A program made the position numbers and the translations under genes. This document shows, in pieces, positions 38,450 through 47,861 of a stretch of DNA of 64,000 nt. The stretch comes from an uncultured Rikenella sp. Its GTDB lineage: Bacteria; Bacteroidota; Bacteroidia; Bacteroidales; VadinHA17. Each line of letters opens with the position of its first letter. The first letter of the stretch is position 1. The DNA is taken from NCBI GenBank assembly GCA_964488645.1, contig CAZAVK010000003.1, positions 43,145-107,144 of the forward strand, written 5' to 3'. The notes beneath the pieces are model-generated. The model worked only from the letters and a program-made list of their open reading frames with translations. It ran no database searches and was not told the DNA's origin.

Positions 38450-39889
38450 ATGCCGCAGAATAGCAAAATACGGGGATTGAGGCCTATTCTGACAGCCTTT
38501 TTCCTGGTTGCGTCAATAACCATGCCGCGGTCTGTTCTTTTGTCACAGCCGGTTACTGAACAGAAACAGTGGGTGGTTGTGATCGATCCCGGTCATGGCG
38601 GCAAGGATCCCGGCGCAATCGGCTCCAGGGCCAGGGAGAAGAATATCAACCTTGCGGTTGCACTGAAGACAGGGAGCTATATCACCAGGTACCTGGATGA
38701 TGTCAGGGTAATCTATACCCGATCTGACGATACCTTCATCGGTCTTGCCGAACGGGCAGAGGTAGCCAATCGTAACAAGGCTGACCTCTTCATATCCATC
38801 CACTCCAATGCCATGGATGACAAGCGTTTTTCCGGGGCAGAGACCTACGTGCTGGGGCATACGAATGATGAGGCCAACCTGAAGGTAGCGATGAAGGAGA
38901 ACTCGGTTATCACTTTTGAGCAGGATTACCAGACAAAGTATGAAGGGTTTGATCCCAACTCAGCAGAATCATATATCATCTTCTCTCTCATGCAGAACAC
39001 CTACCTCAAGCAGAGTACCGAGTTCGCCACCCTGCTGCAGAACCAGTTCCGTGACCGGGTTGGTCGCAAGGACAGGGGGGTACGGCAGGCCGGATTCCAG
39101 GTGCTGCGGGAGAATGCAATGCCCTCGGTGCTGGTGGAACTGGCCTTCATAACCAACCCCGAAGAGGAAAAGTTTCTTATGTCGGAGCAGGGGCAGGACT
39201 ACATGGCCTCCGCCATTTTCAGGGCCTTCAGGGATTACAAGCAGGCAATTGACAGCAGGTCAGGCATTCGTAACGGCAGTGCAACAGCTGCCGGAGCCGC
39301 CGCTCCAACTGCAGTGACCAACGCTCCTCCTGCGGGAACCACCACTGCTCCTGCGGGAACCACCAATGCTTCTGCCGGAACCACCAACGCTTCTGCCGGA
39401 ACCACCAATGCTTCTGCCGGAACCACCAATGCTTCTGCCGGAACCACCAATGCTTCTGCCGGAACTACCAATACTCCTGCGGGAACCGCCATTGCTCCTG
39501 CCGCGACTGGGGCGGTGGCTGACCCTTCAGCCGCCGGGCAGCAGGCCGTCACAGGGAAAGCGACTGCCGGTGATGGGTCAGGGGCGGCTGCAGTCCGGCA
39601 GCAGGAGGCAGGTCATCAGGCCGATCAGATCTTTTTCATGGTTCAGGTTGCTGCCATGCCTGCAGGCAAAGAGTTGAGCAAGAGCTTCCTGAGCGGCCTT
39701 GATCCTCTCACGGTGATTGAAGATGGCGAACGCATTAAATATGCGGCAGGAAAATTCGTAATATATGATGAGGCCCTGCAGCACAGGAGGAAGCTGACAG
39801 CCCGTTACCCCGATGCCTTTGTAATTGCAGTGAGGAACGGTCGCATCATCCCGCTCAGGGAAGCGATCGAAGCACAGAAAAGAAAGTAA
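38450..39889 (+). CDS. N-acetylmuramoyl-L-alanine amidase (Amidase_3) with a low-complexity repeat linker and a C-terminal SPOR-like domain
   Basis: VVVIDPGHGGKDPGA, DLFISIHSNA and GAETYV. The linker holds about 8 (A/P)AGTTNAS heptads. The C-terminus reads IFFMVQVAAM...AAGKF...YPDAFVIA. I prefer ATG 38450 to the TTG at 38408. Confidence 0.85.
   Translation: MPQNSKIRGLRPILTAFFLVASITMPRSVLLSQPVTEQKQWVVVIDPGHGGKDPGAIGSRAREKNINLAVALKTGSYITRYLDDVRVIYTRSDDTFIGLAERAEVANRNKADLFISIHSNAMDDKRFSGAETYVLGHTNDEANLKVAMKENSVITFEQDYQTKYEGFDPNSAESYIIFSLMQNTYLKQSTEFATLLQNQFRDRVGRKDRGVRQAGFQVLRENAMPSVLVELAFITNPEEEKFLMSEQGQDYMASAIFRAFRDYKQAIDSRSGIRNGSATAAGAAAPTAVTNAPPAGTTTAPAGTTNASAGTTNASAGTTNASAGTTNASAGTTNASAGTTNTPAGTAIAPAATGAVADPSAAGQQAVTGKATAGDGSGAAAVRQQEAGHQADQIFFMVQVAAMPAGKELSKSFLSGLDPLTVIEDGERIKYAAGKFVIYDEALQHRRKLTARYPDAFVIAVRNGRIIPLREAIEAQKRK
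39326..39503 (+). repeat. 21-bp in-frame tandem repeat, about 8.5 copies (heptad AGTTNAS)
   Basis: gccggaaccaccaatgcttct is repeated near-identically from 39361 to 39470, with degenerate copies flanking it. Confidence 0.9.
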
Positions 39890-39891
39890 CA

Positions 39892-40839
39892 GTGAAAAAG
39901 AAGATCACCCATGAGGTCCTGGTAGGGTCGGTAGCCCTTATCACGATTATTGCATTCATACTCATGTATGAGTTCCTGAAGGGAACTGCCCTGTTCACAA
40001 GGACCAACACCTACCACATAGTGTATGACAACATTGCCGGCCTGACCGAATCCAATCCGGTTGAGATCAACGGCTTTCATGCCGGAGTGGTTCAGACGGT
40101 AAAGCTGATCAATGATGGTTCGGGCCGCATCCTTGTCTCCCTTTCGGTTGACCGCCACTTCAACATACCGAAGGATACGAGGGCAGAGATAACGACCGCG
40201 AGCCTGATAGCCGGGATGAAGGTCATCATGCGCATGGGTGAGAGCCGCGAGATGTGCCACAACCATGATACCATCGGCGGCTATGTGGCCACCTCCATCA
40301 TTGACAGGCTGGGTGATGCCTTTGCCCCGGTAGAGGGAAACATCACGGGTATCATCGTGAAGCTGGACTCGCTGATCGGTTCTCTCAACACCCTCTTCAC
40401 CCCCGAAGTGTCAGCTGATTTCAGATCGGCCGTCTCTGATGCAAGCGTCACAGTGGCGGGCCTGAAGGAGGTAACTGCCGGCAAGAAGGACGAGCTGCAG
40501 GCTATCATCGATGATCTTAAGGCCTTTACAGCCATACTCTCCTCAAACGGTCCGGCACTGGACTCCTCGCTCCGCAGCCTGGCAGAGGTGTCAGAGGCAA
40601 TTGCCGAATCTGATCCGCGCTCCTCACTGGCTTCACTGCGCTCCTCCCTCGTTGGACTGGATTCCATTGTAAGCGGACTCAGCCAGGGAGAGGGGTCAGC
40701 CGGGAAGCTGATCACCGATGACAGCCTCTATATAAACCTGAACAACGCCCTCGAAAGTCTCGATATCCTGATCCGTGACATGACCAGGAATCCCAAGAAG
40801 TATGTCCACTTCTCCCTTTTTGGCAAAAAGGCAGAGTAG
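39892..40839 (+). CDS. mlaD: MlaD/MCE family protein
   Basis: An N-terminal TM segment, then an MCE domain (YHIVYDNIAGLTESNPVEINGFHAGVVQTVKL), then a coiled-coil tail. It uses a GTG start 2 nt after the amidase stop codon. Confidence 0.8.
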   Translation: MKKKITHEVLVGSVALITIIAFILMYEFLKGTALFTRTNTYHIVYDNIAGLTESNPVEINGFHAGVVQTVKLINDGSGRILVSLSVDRHFNIPKDTRAEITTASLIAGMKVIMRMGESREMCHNHDTIGGYVATSIIDRLGDAFAPVEGNITGIIVKLDSLIGSLNTLFTPEVSADFRSAVSDASVTVAGLKEVTAGKKDELQAIIDDLKAFTAILSSNGPALDSSLRSLAEVSEAIAESDPRSSLASLRSSLVGLDSIVSGLSQGEGSAGKLITDDSLYINLNNALESLDILIRDMTRNPKKYVHFSLFGKKAE

Positions 40840-41156
40840 TTTGTTGGAAAAATGCCAAACAATACACAATCATATAGTTGTAACGGGCAAAAAAAGTGAC
40901 CGTCTAACAGTGTCAATTCAGACAGGCCGGTCTTCTATTTTCTAATCTGCTGGTGGCCACAACCTTCATTTCAACTATCTGAAAATGTGTACATTATAAA
41001 TTTTGACCAATGACCTACTTTTTAATACACTGATGGTCATGACAGTATAGAAGAAATGAAAAAGTCAAGGAAAAAAAGTTTTTTTATTTAGCTTTTTTTT
41101 ACAAATATTGTCTCGGCTTTAAGAGCAGCAGCGAGGATTTTTTAATTTCAATCTGA

Positions 41157-42590
41157 ATGAGCAAATCACACGAGGAGGTTTGGAATAACTGTCTGGAAAT
41201 AATCCGTGATATTATTCCCTCAGCCAGTTATAAAACCTGGTTTGAGCCTATTGTCCCCCTCAGGCTTGAGAAGAACGTCCTGACCATTCAGGTTCCTTCC
41301 CCTTTTTTCTATGAGTATCTTGAGGAGCAGTACATTGATATTCTCCGCAAGACTCTCAGGCGCGAGATAGGCAATGATGCCAAGCTTGAGTACAACATCA
41401 TCATGGAGAATACGGGCTATGCCAGTGACAAGGGCTTCACCACGCTCAAGTTTCCCTCGCAGAACAAGACCAATCTTCAGAACAAGCCGGTACAGGTTCC
41501 TTTTGAGGCAGCCCGCCCGGCCATCAGGAATCCCTTTATCATCCCGGGCATCAAGAAGCTTCATTTTGATCCGAGGCTCAATCCCGACTACTCTTTTGCC
41601 AACTTTGTGGAGGGTGAGTGCAACCGTCTTGCCCGTTCAGCCGGTATTGCGGTTGGAAGCAATCCTGGTGGCACTGCCTTCAATCCGCTTATGATCTACG
41701 GTGATTCAGGTCTCGGAAAGACTCACCTGGCGCAGGCTATCGGCATCCTTGTCAAGGAGAAGCATCCTGACAAGACCGTCCTCTATGTCAATGCCAACAA
41801 GTTCCAGATGCAGTTTGTAGAGTCGGTCCGGAACAATAACAAGAACGACTTCCTCCATTTCTACCAGATGATCGATGTGCTGATCATTGATGACGTTCAT
41901 GAGTTTGCCGGCAAGGAGAAGACCCAGGACACCTTTTTCCACATCTTCAATCACCTGCATCAGTCGGGCAAGCAGCTTATCATCACCTGTGACAAGCCCC
42001 CGGTAGAGCTGCAGGGGATGGAGCAACGCCTTCTCTCGCGGTTCAAGTGGGGCCTTCTGGCCGATCTTCAGAAGCCTGACTATGAGACCCGGCTGGCCAT
42101 ACTGCGGAAGAAGGCCTACAATGACGGCATTGAGCTTCCTGACGAGATCTTTGAGTTCCTGGCAGAGAATATTTCATCCAACATACGTGAACTGGAATCG
42201 GGGCTTATCTCGCTCTATGCCCAGTCAACCCTTAACCGCAAGGAGGTGACCCTGGAGCTGGCACGCCAGATGGTAGACAGGCTGGTGAACACGCAACGCC
42301 GTGAGATCACCATCGACTATATCCAGAAGGTTGTATGTGATTACTACAAGATACCGGTAGAACAGATCCAGAGCAAGACCCGCAAGCGTGAGATAGTGCA
42401 GGCGAGGCAGGTCTCCATGTATTTTTCAAAGAGTCTCACCAAGGCATCGCTTGCCAGTATCGGATCAGCCATCGGCGGCAAGGATCACGCCACCGTGCTG
42501 CATGCCTGCAAGACAGTCAACAACCTCATTGATACTGACCGTCACTTCAGGCATCAGATCATGGAGATAGAAAAAAAACTCAAGGTATGA
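41157..42590 (+). CDS. dnaA: chromosomal replication initiator protein DnaA
   Basis: FNPLMIYGDSGLGKTHL (Walker A), IIDDVH, and the C-terminal DNA-binding domain (RKREIVQARQVSMYF...IGGKDHATVLHA). Confidence 0.95.
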   Translation: MSKSHEEVWNNCLEIIRDIIPSASYKTWFEPIVPLRLEKNVLTIQVPSPFFYEYLEEQYIDILRKTLRREIGNDAKLEYNIIMENTGYASDKGFTTLKFPSQNKTNLQNKPVQVPFEAARPAIRNPFIIPGIKKLHFDPRLNPDYSFANFVEGECNRLARSAGIAVGSNPGGTAFNPLMIYGDSGLGKTHLAQAIGILVKEKHPDKTVLYVNANKFQMQFVESVRNNNKNDFLHFYQMIDVLIIDDVHEFAGKEKTQDTFFHIFNHLHQSGKQLIITCDKPPVELQGMEQRLLSRFKWGLLADLQKPDYETRLAILRKKAYNDGIELPDEIFEFLAENISSNIRELESGLISLYAQSTLNRKEVTLELARQMVDRLVNTQRREITIDYIQKVVCDYYKIPVEQIQSKTRKREIVQARQVSMYFSKSLTKASLASIGSAIGGKDHATVLHACKTVNNLIDTDRHFRHQIMEIEKKLKV

Positions 42591-43756
42591 ACCATCAGAT
42601 CAGTCAGCTGAAAGAGCAGTTTTTCAGGATGTACGGGGACAAGGCGGGAGAGCCTGTCCTTTTTTTTTCTCCCGGCAGGGTAAACCTCATCGGTGAGCAC
42701 ACTGACTACAACAACGGCTATGTCTTTCCCTGTGCCCTCGACTACGGCACCTACCTGCTTATCCGCCGGTCAGCCGGCAACACCATCCGTCTCAGCAGCC
42801 TCAACTTCCCGGGCGAGGTGGTTGTATCAGCTGCTTCACCGTTCACCCCGTTGCCGGGCAGCTGGACCAACTACCCGGTGGGGGTTATCAATGAGTTCGC
42901 ACTCAAGGGCATAGCTGCGCCGGGGCTCGAGCTCCTCTTCATGGGCAACATACCCAACGGGGCAGGCCTCTCATCATCCGCCTCGATAGAGATGGTCACC
43001 GCGGTGGCGCTGAATGAGATCACCGGTGCCGGGCTGCCCATGATGGAGATGGTCCTGATGAGCCAGCATGCAGAGAACCATTTCGTCGGAATGAACTGCG
43101 GCATCATGGATCAGTTCGCGGTGGGTTTCGGAAAGAGGGATCATGCCATCAGCCTCAACTGCGACACTCTTGATTATGAGTATGCGCCCCTGATGCTGGG
43201 TGACCGCAGGCTGATCATCACCAACACCAACAAGCGCAGGGGGCTCACCGACTCGAAGTACAATGAGCGCAGGGCAGAGTGTGACATGGCGGTGAAGATC
43301 ATTTCGGCCCGCCGGCCGCTGCGCCACCTGAGTGAGCTGACAGATGATGATCTGCCAATGGTTGAGCGGCTCATCACCGACCCGGTCATACTACGCAGGG
43401 CAAGGCATGTCATCACCGAGAACGGAAGGACCCTGAAGGCAATCACTGCTCTCAGGAACAATGACATAGCTGGTTTCGGAAAGCTCATGAACGCCTCTCA
43501 TGACTCGCTGCGCGATGATTATGAGGTGACAGGTCATGAACTCGATACCCTGGTTTATGAAGGCCGCCGGCTGCCGGGGGTCATCGGCACCAGGATGACC
43601 GGGGCAGGGTTCGGCGGGTGCACTGTCTCAATCGTGGAGGCGGAGCATGCAGAGGGGTTCATGAAGGAACTGGGGGCATTGTACAGTTCGAAGACAGGAC
43701 TGGCCGCAGAGTTCTACCTGCCGGCTGTCGGCGGGGGCGCCGGGAAGATCGGATAA
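42587..43756 (+). CDS. galK: galactokinase
   Basis: PGRVNLIGEHTDYN and PNGAGLSSSAS are GHMP kinase motifs, followed by GAGFGGC. ATGA overlap with the dnaA stop codon. Confidence 0.9.
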   Translation: MNHQISQLKEQFFRMYGDKAGEPVLFFSPGRVNLIGEHTDYNNGYVFPCALDYGTYLLIRRSAGNTIRLSSLNFPGEVVVSAASPFTPLPGSWTNYPVGVINEFALKGIAAPGLELLFMGNIPNGAGLSSSASIEMVTAVALNEITGAGLPMMEMVLMSQHAENHFVGMNCGIMDQFAVGFGKRDHAISLNCDTLDYEYAPLMLGDRRLIITNTNKRRGLTDSKYNERRAECDMAVKIISARRPLRHLSELTDDDLPMVERLITDPVILRRARHVITENGRTLKAITALRNNDIAGFGKLMNASHDSLRDDYEVTGHELDTLVYEGRRLPGVIGTRMTGAGFGGCTVSIVEAEHAEGFMKELGALYSSKTGLAAEFYLPAVGGGAGKIG

Positions 43757-43801
43757 ACCGTATAAAACCGGGTCCGGGGCCGGCAGCTGACATTGCCGGA
43801 T

Positions 43802-46576
43802 TCAGAGATCCATCACGCACCTGAATCCGACCGTTGCGCTGCGGTCGAACCCCGGTGAGACAAGCAGTTGCATCTGTGTATATGTCAGCGGCTGCGGCCC
43901 GCCCCTGACATACCACCAGCTTGACTCGGGCCTGAACCAGCTTCCTCCCCTTATGATATTGAAATAGTAGGCGCCGTCACACCACACATCACCGGTCATC
44001 TGCCATACGTTACCAACCAGGTCGGCGACGCCCCACGGGCTCTCCCCTTTCGGGAATGCATCCACCGGGGTTGGTCTGCCAAAGCCGTTATTGCATTTGG
44101 TGGCATGAAACTCAGTGCCCCAGGGCCACTCGCGTCCGTCGGTACCCTGCGCCGCCAGTTGCCACTCGCTCTCGGAAGGCAGCCTTTTCCCTGCCCAGGC
44201 GGCATAGGCCCTGGCATCCTCCAGGCTTATCCACACCACCGGATAGCGCTCCTGTCCGCTGACCGGCATACCTTTCTCCCAGTGTCTCAGATAGTTGGAT
44301 GTATCAGCAGGTATATACCTGGTGGCCCTGATGAATTGCAGGTACTGCTCATTGGTAACCGGATAGCGGTCTATCAGGAAGCTGTCCACGGCAGCAGTAA
44401 TCTCCCTGCCTGTATTGGGATAGGGTATGAATTCGTCATTGACCCTGAGAGAATATTTTATTGTTGCGGCCGGTACCAGTACCATCTCGGGTGGCACCAC
44501 TCCTGCCCGGAAGGTCTTTTTTCTCTCTGACACCAGCCACATCGGGCCGGAGGCCGGCTGAAGCACCCTCTCGTCGAGCAGTATCCCTTCATCATCAGTC
44601 AGTTCAATCACTATTTTTCCGCCGCTGATCCCCAGCATGGCGGCTGCATCCAGCAGGGTATCCGCTGGTGCCGTGAAGGTTATCCCCCTGTTGCCATACC
44701 CGGGTGCGCCGCCTGTTACGGTCACCCTTCCCTCATGTCTCACCGAAATCTGTATCTTCTCTCCCGCGAGCCTGGCAGAGATCAGCCGCGGCAGCATTGC
44801 TATGCAGTCCACTGCGCTCTCACGCCGGGTACCGTTGTAGGCCGGGCTCCATCCGGGCAGGACCGACGGCACCATCAGCCTGCCGCCCGTGCTGACCGGC
44901 TCAATCTCCTCATGTCTCCAGAGTGAGACAAGGTGCCGCCCGGTGGTATCACCTGCAGTGAAGAGAGGTGCACTGAACCCCCGGTGGTCCATGCTTAGTA
45001 TGGTGAACAGCTCCTTATCGCCGCTGATCCAGCTGTTGACATAGACCCTGTCAGCGCTGCTGCTGACCAGCGGCGTCCAGTTGCCTCCGGTGAAGGCGTC
45101 ACTGTTGCGCCTGAGAAGATAAGTCGTCTGAGAGAGATATTGCAGATCACGGCTGAACTCATCATCCCTGCCTCCGGGCCGGTACATGTTCAGCTCGGTG
45201 CCATAGCCGTTGAAGAAGGCTATAGAGATCTCACGGTGAAGCACATCTTCTCCCACATCAGCCACCCTGAAGATTGCAAAATCGGGTCTGATGAGTTTGT
45301 TCAGATTCAGCTCAGGGCTCAGGAAGATTGCGTTATGTACCCTGGCAGCCACTATCCCCGGCATATCTCTCACCACCGGCATACCTTCGGAGTAGAATAT
45401 TACCCCTTCCCTGACCCTGTCAGCCGTCTGCTGCAGCTCTGCCGATGATCCTCCCTGCGTATCGAGGATCACGCCGTCAGCCTCAGTCGCCGAGATCATC
45501 TCCGCCATACCCTTCAGCTGATCCTGCATACGGGTGCTTCTGTCCCACGGGTTGAAGGCTATAAAGAGCCGGCACCCCTCTGTCCGGGCCATCCTTCCAA
45601 GCCGTCTGAGTGCCTCTGTTCCTCCGGGCAGATCACGGTAGAGATCCCACTGGTTCCTCTCATCCAGCCCCAGCCTGGGCCATGTCGGCCATAGTCCGTA
45701 TACATCAACATGGCCGAAGAGGCTGTTGTATCCCGACAGGAAGCTCCGGAAGCCCTCATTGCCGGTGAAGCGGTCGAAGTACTGCCTGTCCCATGCCATC
45801 TGCTGAATCATCAGGTAACTGCTCCTGATCCATTTCAGGTCATCGCGCCGGTAGAGCCCGTCATCAAACTGCTCCAGCTCATAGAGCCACCGCCGGGCGA
45901 ACATCTGCCTGAGTCCCTCCTGCCAGCCTCCCCTGTAGATATCGGCATAGATGTGATATGTTACCGAGGCCCCCGGAGGCAGCAGCGTCTCATACCTCTT
46001 CATGGTGCCCCCGTCACTGCCTCTCCGGCGTGCTATCGCAGCCACCGAGTATTCACCTCCTGTCCTGAACGCCGAGAATCCCATCTCCCAGGCGTTGTCA
46101 GGCAGGATGACCCGCACCGGGCTCTTCCCGGGAAGGAAGAGGTTTGCCCTTGCCAGGTCAGGCGGGCCGTAACCGGTTATCCAGGCAAGATTCTCCTTTT
46201 CGCCGAACGGTACCACATCCGAAATAGCAATCGTATCCCGCCATGTATTGCGCAGCACCAGTTGTGCCAATGCCCTGCCGGCGCCACTGTCGGCAACACT
46301 CCATGTCGCCTCTGCCCCTCCCGGATAAACCATTGTGTATCGTCTCCCCGATAATCCGGCAGGCACATCAGCAGAAGAGAAGTATACCCCGTCAAGTCTG
46401 AAGCTGAAGAGTGCCTTCGGCCCCGGGAGAGTGACCAAGGTGCTGTCATCAAGTACAAGTGCCGTCATGACCGCACCGTTCTCCCTTCTTATCTCAACAT
46501 CAAGGAGCGACTGGCCTGCAAGGGAAATGCAGATAAATAAAAAAAGAAGGGAAAACCGAAACCTATTCGCGCACAT
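43802..46576 (-). CDS. secreted multidomain protein: unknown ~650-aa N-terminal region fused to a C-terminal FGE/SUMF1 (formylglycine-generating-enzyme-like) domain
   Basis: Signal peptide MCANRFRFSLLFLFICISLAGQS. The C-terminal 250 aa read IDRYPVTNEQYLQF...RLPSESEWQLAA...WPWG...GNVWQM...RGGSW...GFRCV, typical of the FGE-sulfatase fold. Confidence 0.7.
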   Translation of the reverse strand: MCANRFRFSLLFLFICISLAGQSLLDVEIRRENGAVMTALVLDDSTLVTLPGPKALFSFRLDGVYFSSADVPAGLSGRRYTMVYPGGAEATWSVADSGAGRALAQLVLRNTWRDTIAISDVVPFGEKENLAWITGYGPPDLARANLFLPGKSPVRVILPDNAWEMGFSAFRTGGEYSVAAIARRRGSDGGTMKRYETLLPPGASVTYHIYADIYRGGWQEGLRQMFARRWLYELEQFDDGLYRRDDLKWIRSSYLMIQQMAWDRQYFDRFTGNEGFRSFLSGYNSLFGHVDVYGLWPTWPRLGLDERNQWDLYRDLPGGTEALRRLGRMARTEGCRLFIAFNPWDRSTRMQDQLKGMAEMISATEADGVILDTQGGSSAELQQTADRVREGVIFYSEGMPVVRDMPGIVAARVHNAIFLSPELNLNKLIRPDFAIFRVADVGEDVLHREISIAFFNGYGTELNMYRPGGRDDEFSRDLQYLSQTTYLLRRNSDAFTGGNWTPLVSSSADRVYVNSWISGDKELFTILSMDHRGFSAPLFTAGDTTGRHLVSLWRHEEIEPVSTGGRLMVPSVLPGWSPAYNGTRRESAVDCIAMLPRLISARLAGEKIQISVRHEGRVTVTGGAPGYGNRGITFTAPADTLLDAAAMLGISGGKIVIELTDDEGILLDERVLQPASGPMWLVSERKKTFRAGVVPPEMVLVPAATIKYSLRVNDEFIPYPNTGREITAAVDSFLIDRYPVTNEQYLQFIRATRYIPADTSNYLRHWEKGMPVSGQERYPVVWISLEDARAYAAWAGKRLPSESEWQLAAQGTDGREWPWGTEFHATKCNNGFGRPTPVDAFPKGESPWGVADLVGNVWQMTGDVWCDGAYYFNIIRGGSWFRPESSWWYVRGGPQPLTYTQMQLLVSPGFDRSATVGFRCVMDL

Positions 46577-46748
46577 TGCAGTTTAACCTGATATAACTGG
46601 CTCCTGATGATCAGGAGTGCAATTTAGGATATTGTATCTGAATTAAAAAAAAGAAGGTTCAGCAAATGAATTAATTCTGCCAGCTTTACGGGTCAGCATC
46701 AGCAGAGGATGCTGTTTCCGGGAGCAGAAGCATTTTGAGGGTGTTCAA

Positions 46749-46955
46749 ATGAAGAAGGTCAAGTACAAAGGTTTATTGCTGGTTATCGCGATTTTCGCAG
46801 CGATAATGGTACTTCCCGGATGTGCTGCCTCAAAGAAGCGTGAATATGCGGCGGTACGCAAGAAGAATTATCTTGACACCACGCAGCTCGGACGCAACAG
46901 GTATTTTTTCTCCAAGCAATATCAGAAAAAGCTCTACAAGTTCAAGAAGAGGTAG
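46749..46955 (+). CDS. small, very basic lipoprotein (hypothetical)
   Basis: 68 aa. Lipobox LPGC after a hydrophobic segment, and a Lys/Arg/Tyr-rich tail. Confidence 0.5.
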   Translation: MKKVKYKGLLLVIAIFAAIMVLPGCAASKKREYAAVRKKNYLDTTQLGRNRYFFSKQYQKKLYKFKKR

Positions 46956-46957
46956 CG

Positions 46958-47728
46958 CTACTCCTCACAGTTAACCACCAGTCCGTCCCATGCCAGGGTC
47001 ACATTGACGGGCAATTCACTGTTGACCTCCGCATGCTTCCCCATCTGATGGCTGATGTGTGTAATATAGGCTTTCCTGGGTGAGATCTCCCGGATAAGCT
47101 CAAGGGCCTCTCCCAGGCTATAGTGGGAGATATGCTTCTCCTTTCTGAGGGCATTTATTACCAGGTACTTCACGCCTATCAGCTTCTCCCTGGTCTCTTC
47201 GGATATGTAGTTTGCATCAGTGATGTAGGCAACATCTCCTATCCTGAATCCGAATATCGGCAACCGGTAGTGGAACACCCTGAGCGGAATGATTGTGTCT
47301 CCTCCGATGGTGAAGGGGTAATCATCAATGTTGTGCAGCTCCATCCGCGGCACGCCCGGGTACTGATGTGCCGAGAAGACATATGCATACTCCTTTCTCA
47401 CCGCTGCCTGTACCCGCTCCTCGGCATAGATATCAATAGCTGCCTGGCTCCGGTAATTGAATGCCCTGAGATCATCCATACCGGCTATATGATCCTTGTG
47501 CTCGTGTGTAAGCAGTATGGCATCAATCTTTTTCACTCCTGCATTCAGCATCTGCTGCCTGAAATCAGGGCCGGCATCAATTACGAATGTATTGCGGCCG
47601 GTCTCTACCAGCAGTGAGGTCCTGAGTCGTTTATCCTTAGAGTCGGGAGATGCACAGACAGCGCATTCACAAGCAATTACAGGCACTCCCTGAGATGTTC
47701 CGGTACCAAGAAAGGTGATCTTCACCAT
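46958..47728 (-). CDS. MBL-fold metallo-hydrolase
   Basis: ITFLGTGTSQGVP and LLTHEHKDHIAG (HxHxDH motif). Confidence 0.85.
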   Translation of the reverse strand: MVKITFLGTGTSQGVPVIACECAVCASPDSKDKRLRTSLLVETGRNTFVIDAGPDFRQQMLNAGVKKIDAILLTHEHKDHIAGMDDLRAFNYRSQAAIDIYAEERVQAAVRKEYAYVFSAHQYPGVPRMELHNIDDYPFTIGGDTIIPLRVFHYRLPIFGFRIGDVAYITDANYISEETREKLIGVKYLVINALRKEKHISHYSLGEALELIREISPRKAYITHISHQMGKHAEVNSELPVNVTLAWDGLVVNCEE

Positions 47729-47861
47729 AGCGTTTTCCTCTGTGCAAACATACTCCGAAAATGAGAGACCTGCAATAGGCTCTTTTTACTCTTTCCCCGG
47801 AGGTTATACCTCTGCAGCCCGTATGATTTTAGTATGTTTACATTCTGAACCGGGATCTTTC

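Noticed and set aside
39235-39552. The minus-strand 105-aa ORF with ALVVPAE repeats, and the plus-strand ORF at 39366-39677.
   Set aside because: They are alternative-frame readings of the 21-bp minisatellite inside the amidase gene. The amidase frame is continuous with its catalytic and SPOR domains.
40840-41156. The AT-rich region upstream of dnaA considered as oriC.
   Set aside because: A/T tracts are present, but I found no DnaA-box-like 9-mers within one mismatch of the consensus by eye. I have listed it as a low-interest finding rather than calling a feature.
43802-44100. The C-terminal FGE/C-type-lectin-like domain considered as the variable region of a diversity-generating retroelement.
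   Set aside because: I could find no reverse transcriptase ORF, no accessory gene, and no second (template) copy of this segment in the window. galK abuts the 3' end, which leaves no room for one.
44227-44235. A perfect DnaA box, TTATCCACA.
   Set aside because: It is a single copy inside the coding region of the FGE-domain gene. One chance occurrence of an exact 9-mer on either strand of 64 kb is about what is expected. There is no cluster and no adjacent AT-rich unwinding element.
46601-46617. The inverted repeat CTCCTGAT-G-ATCAGGAG upstream of the FGE-domain gene, considered as a regulatory operator.
   Set aside because: It is only an 8-bp arm pair occurring once. That is too short to distinguish from chance without comparative data, so I did not call it as a feature.
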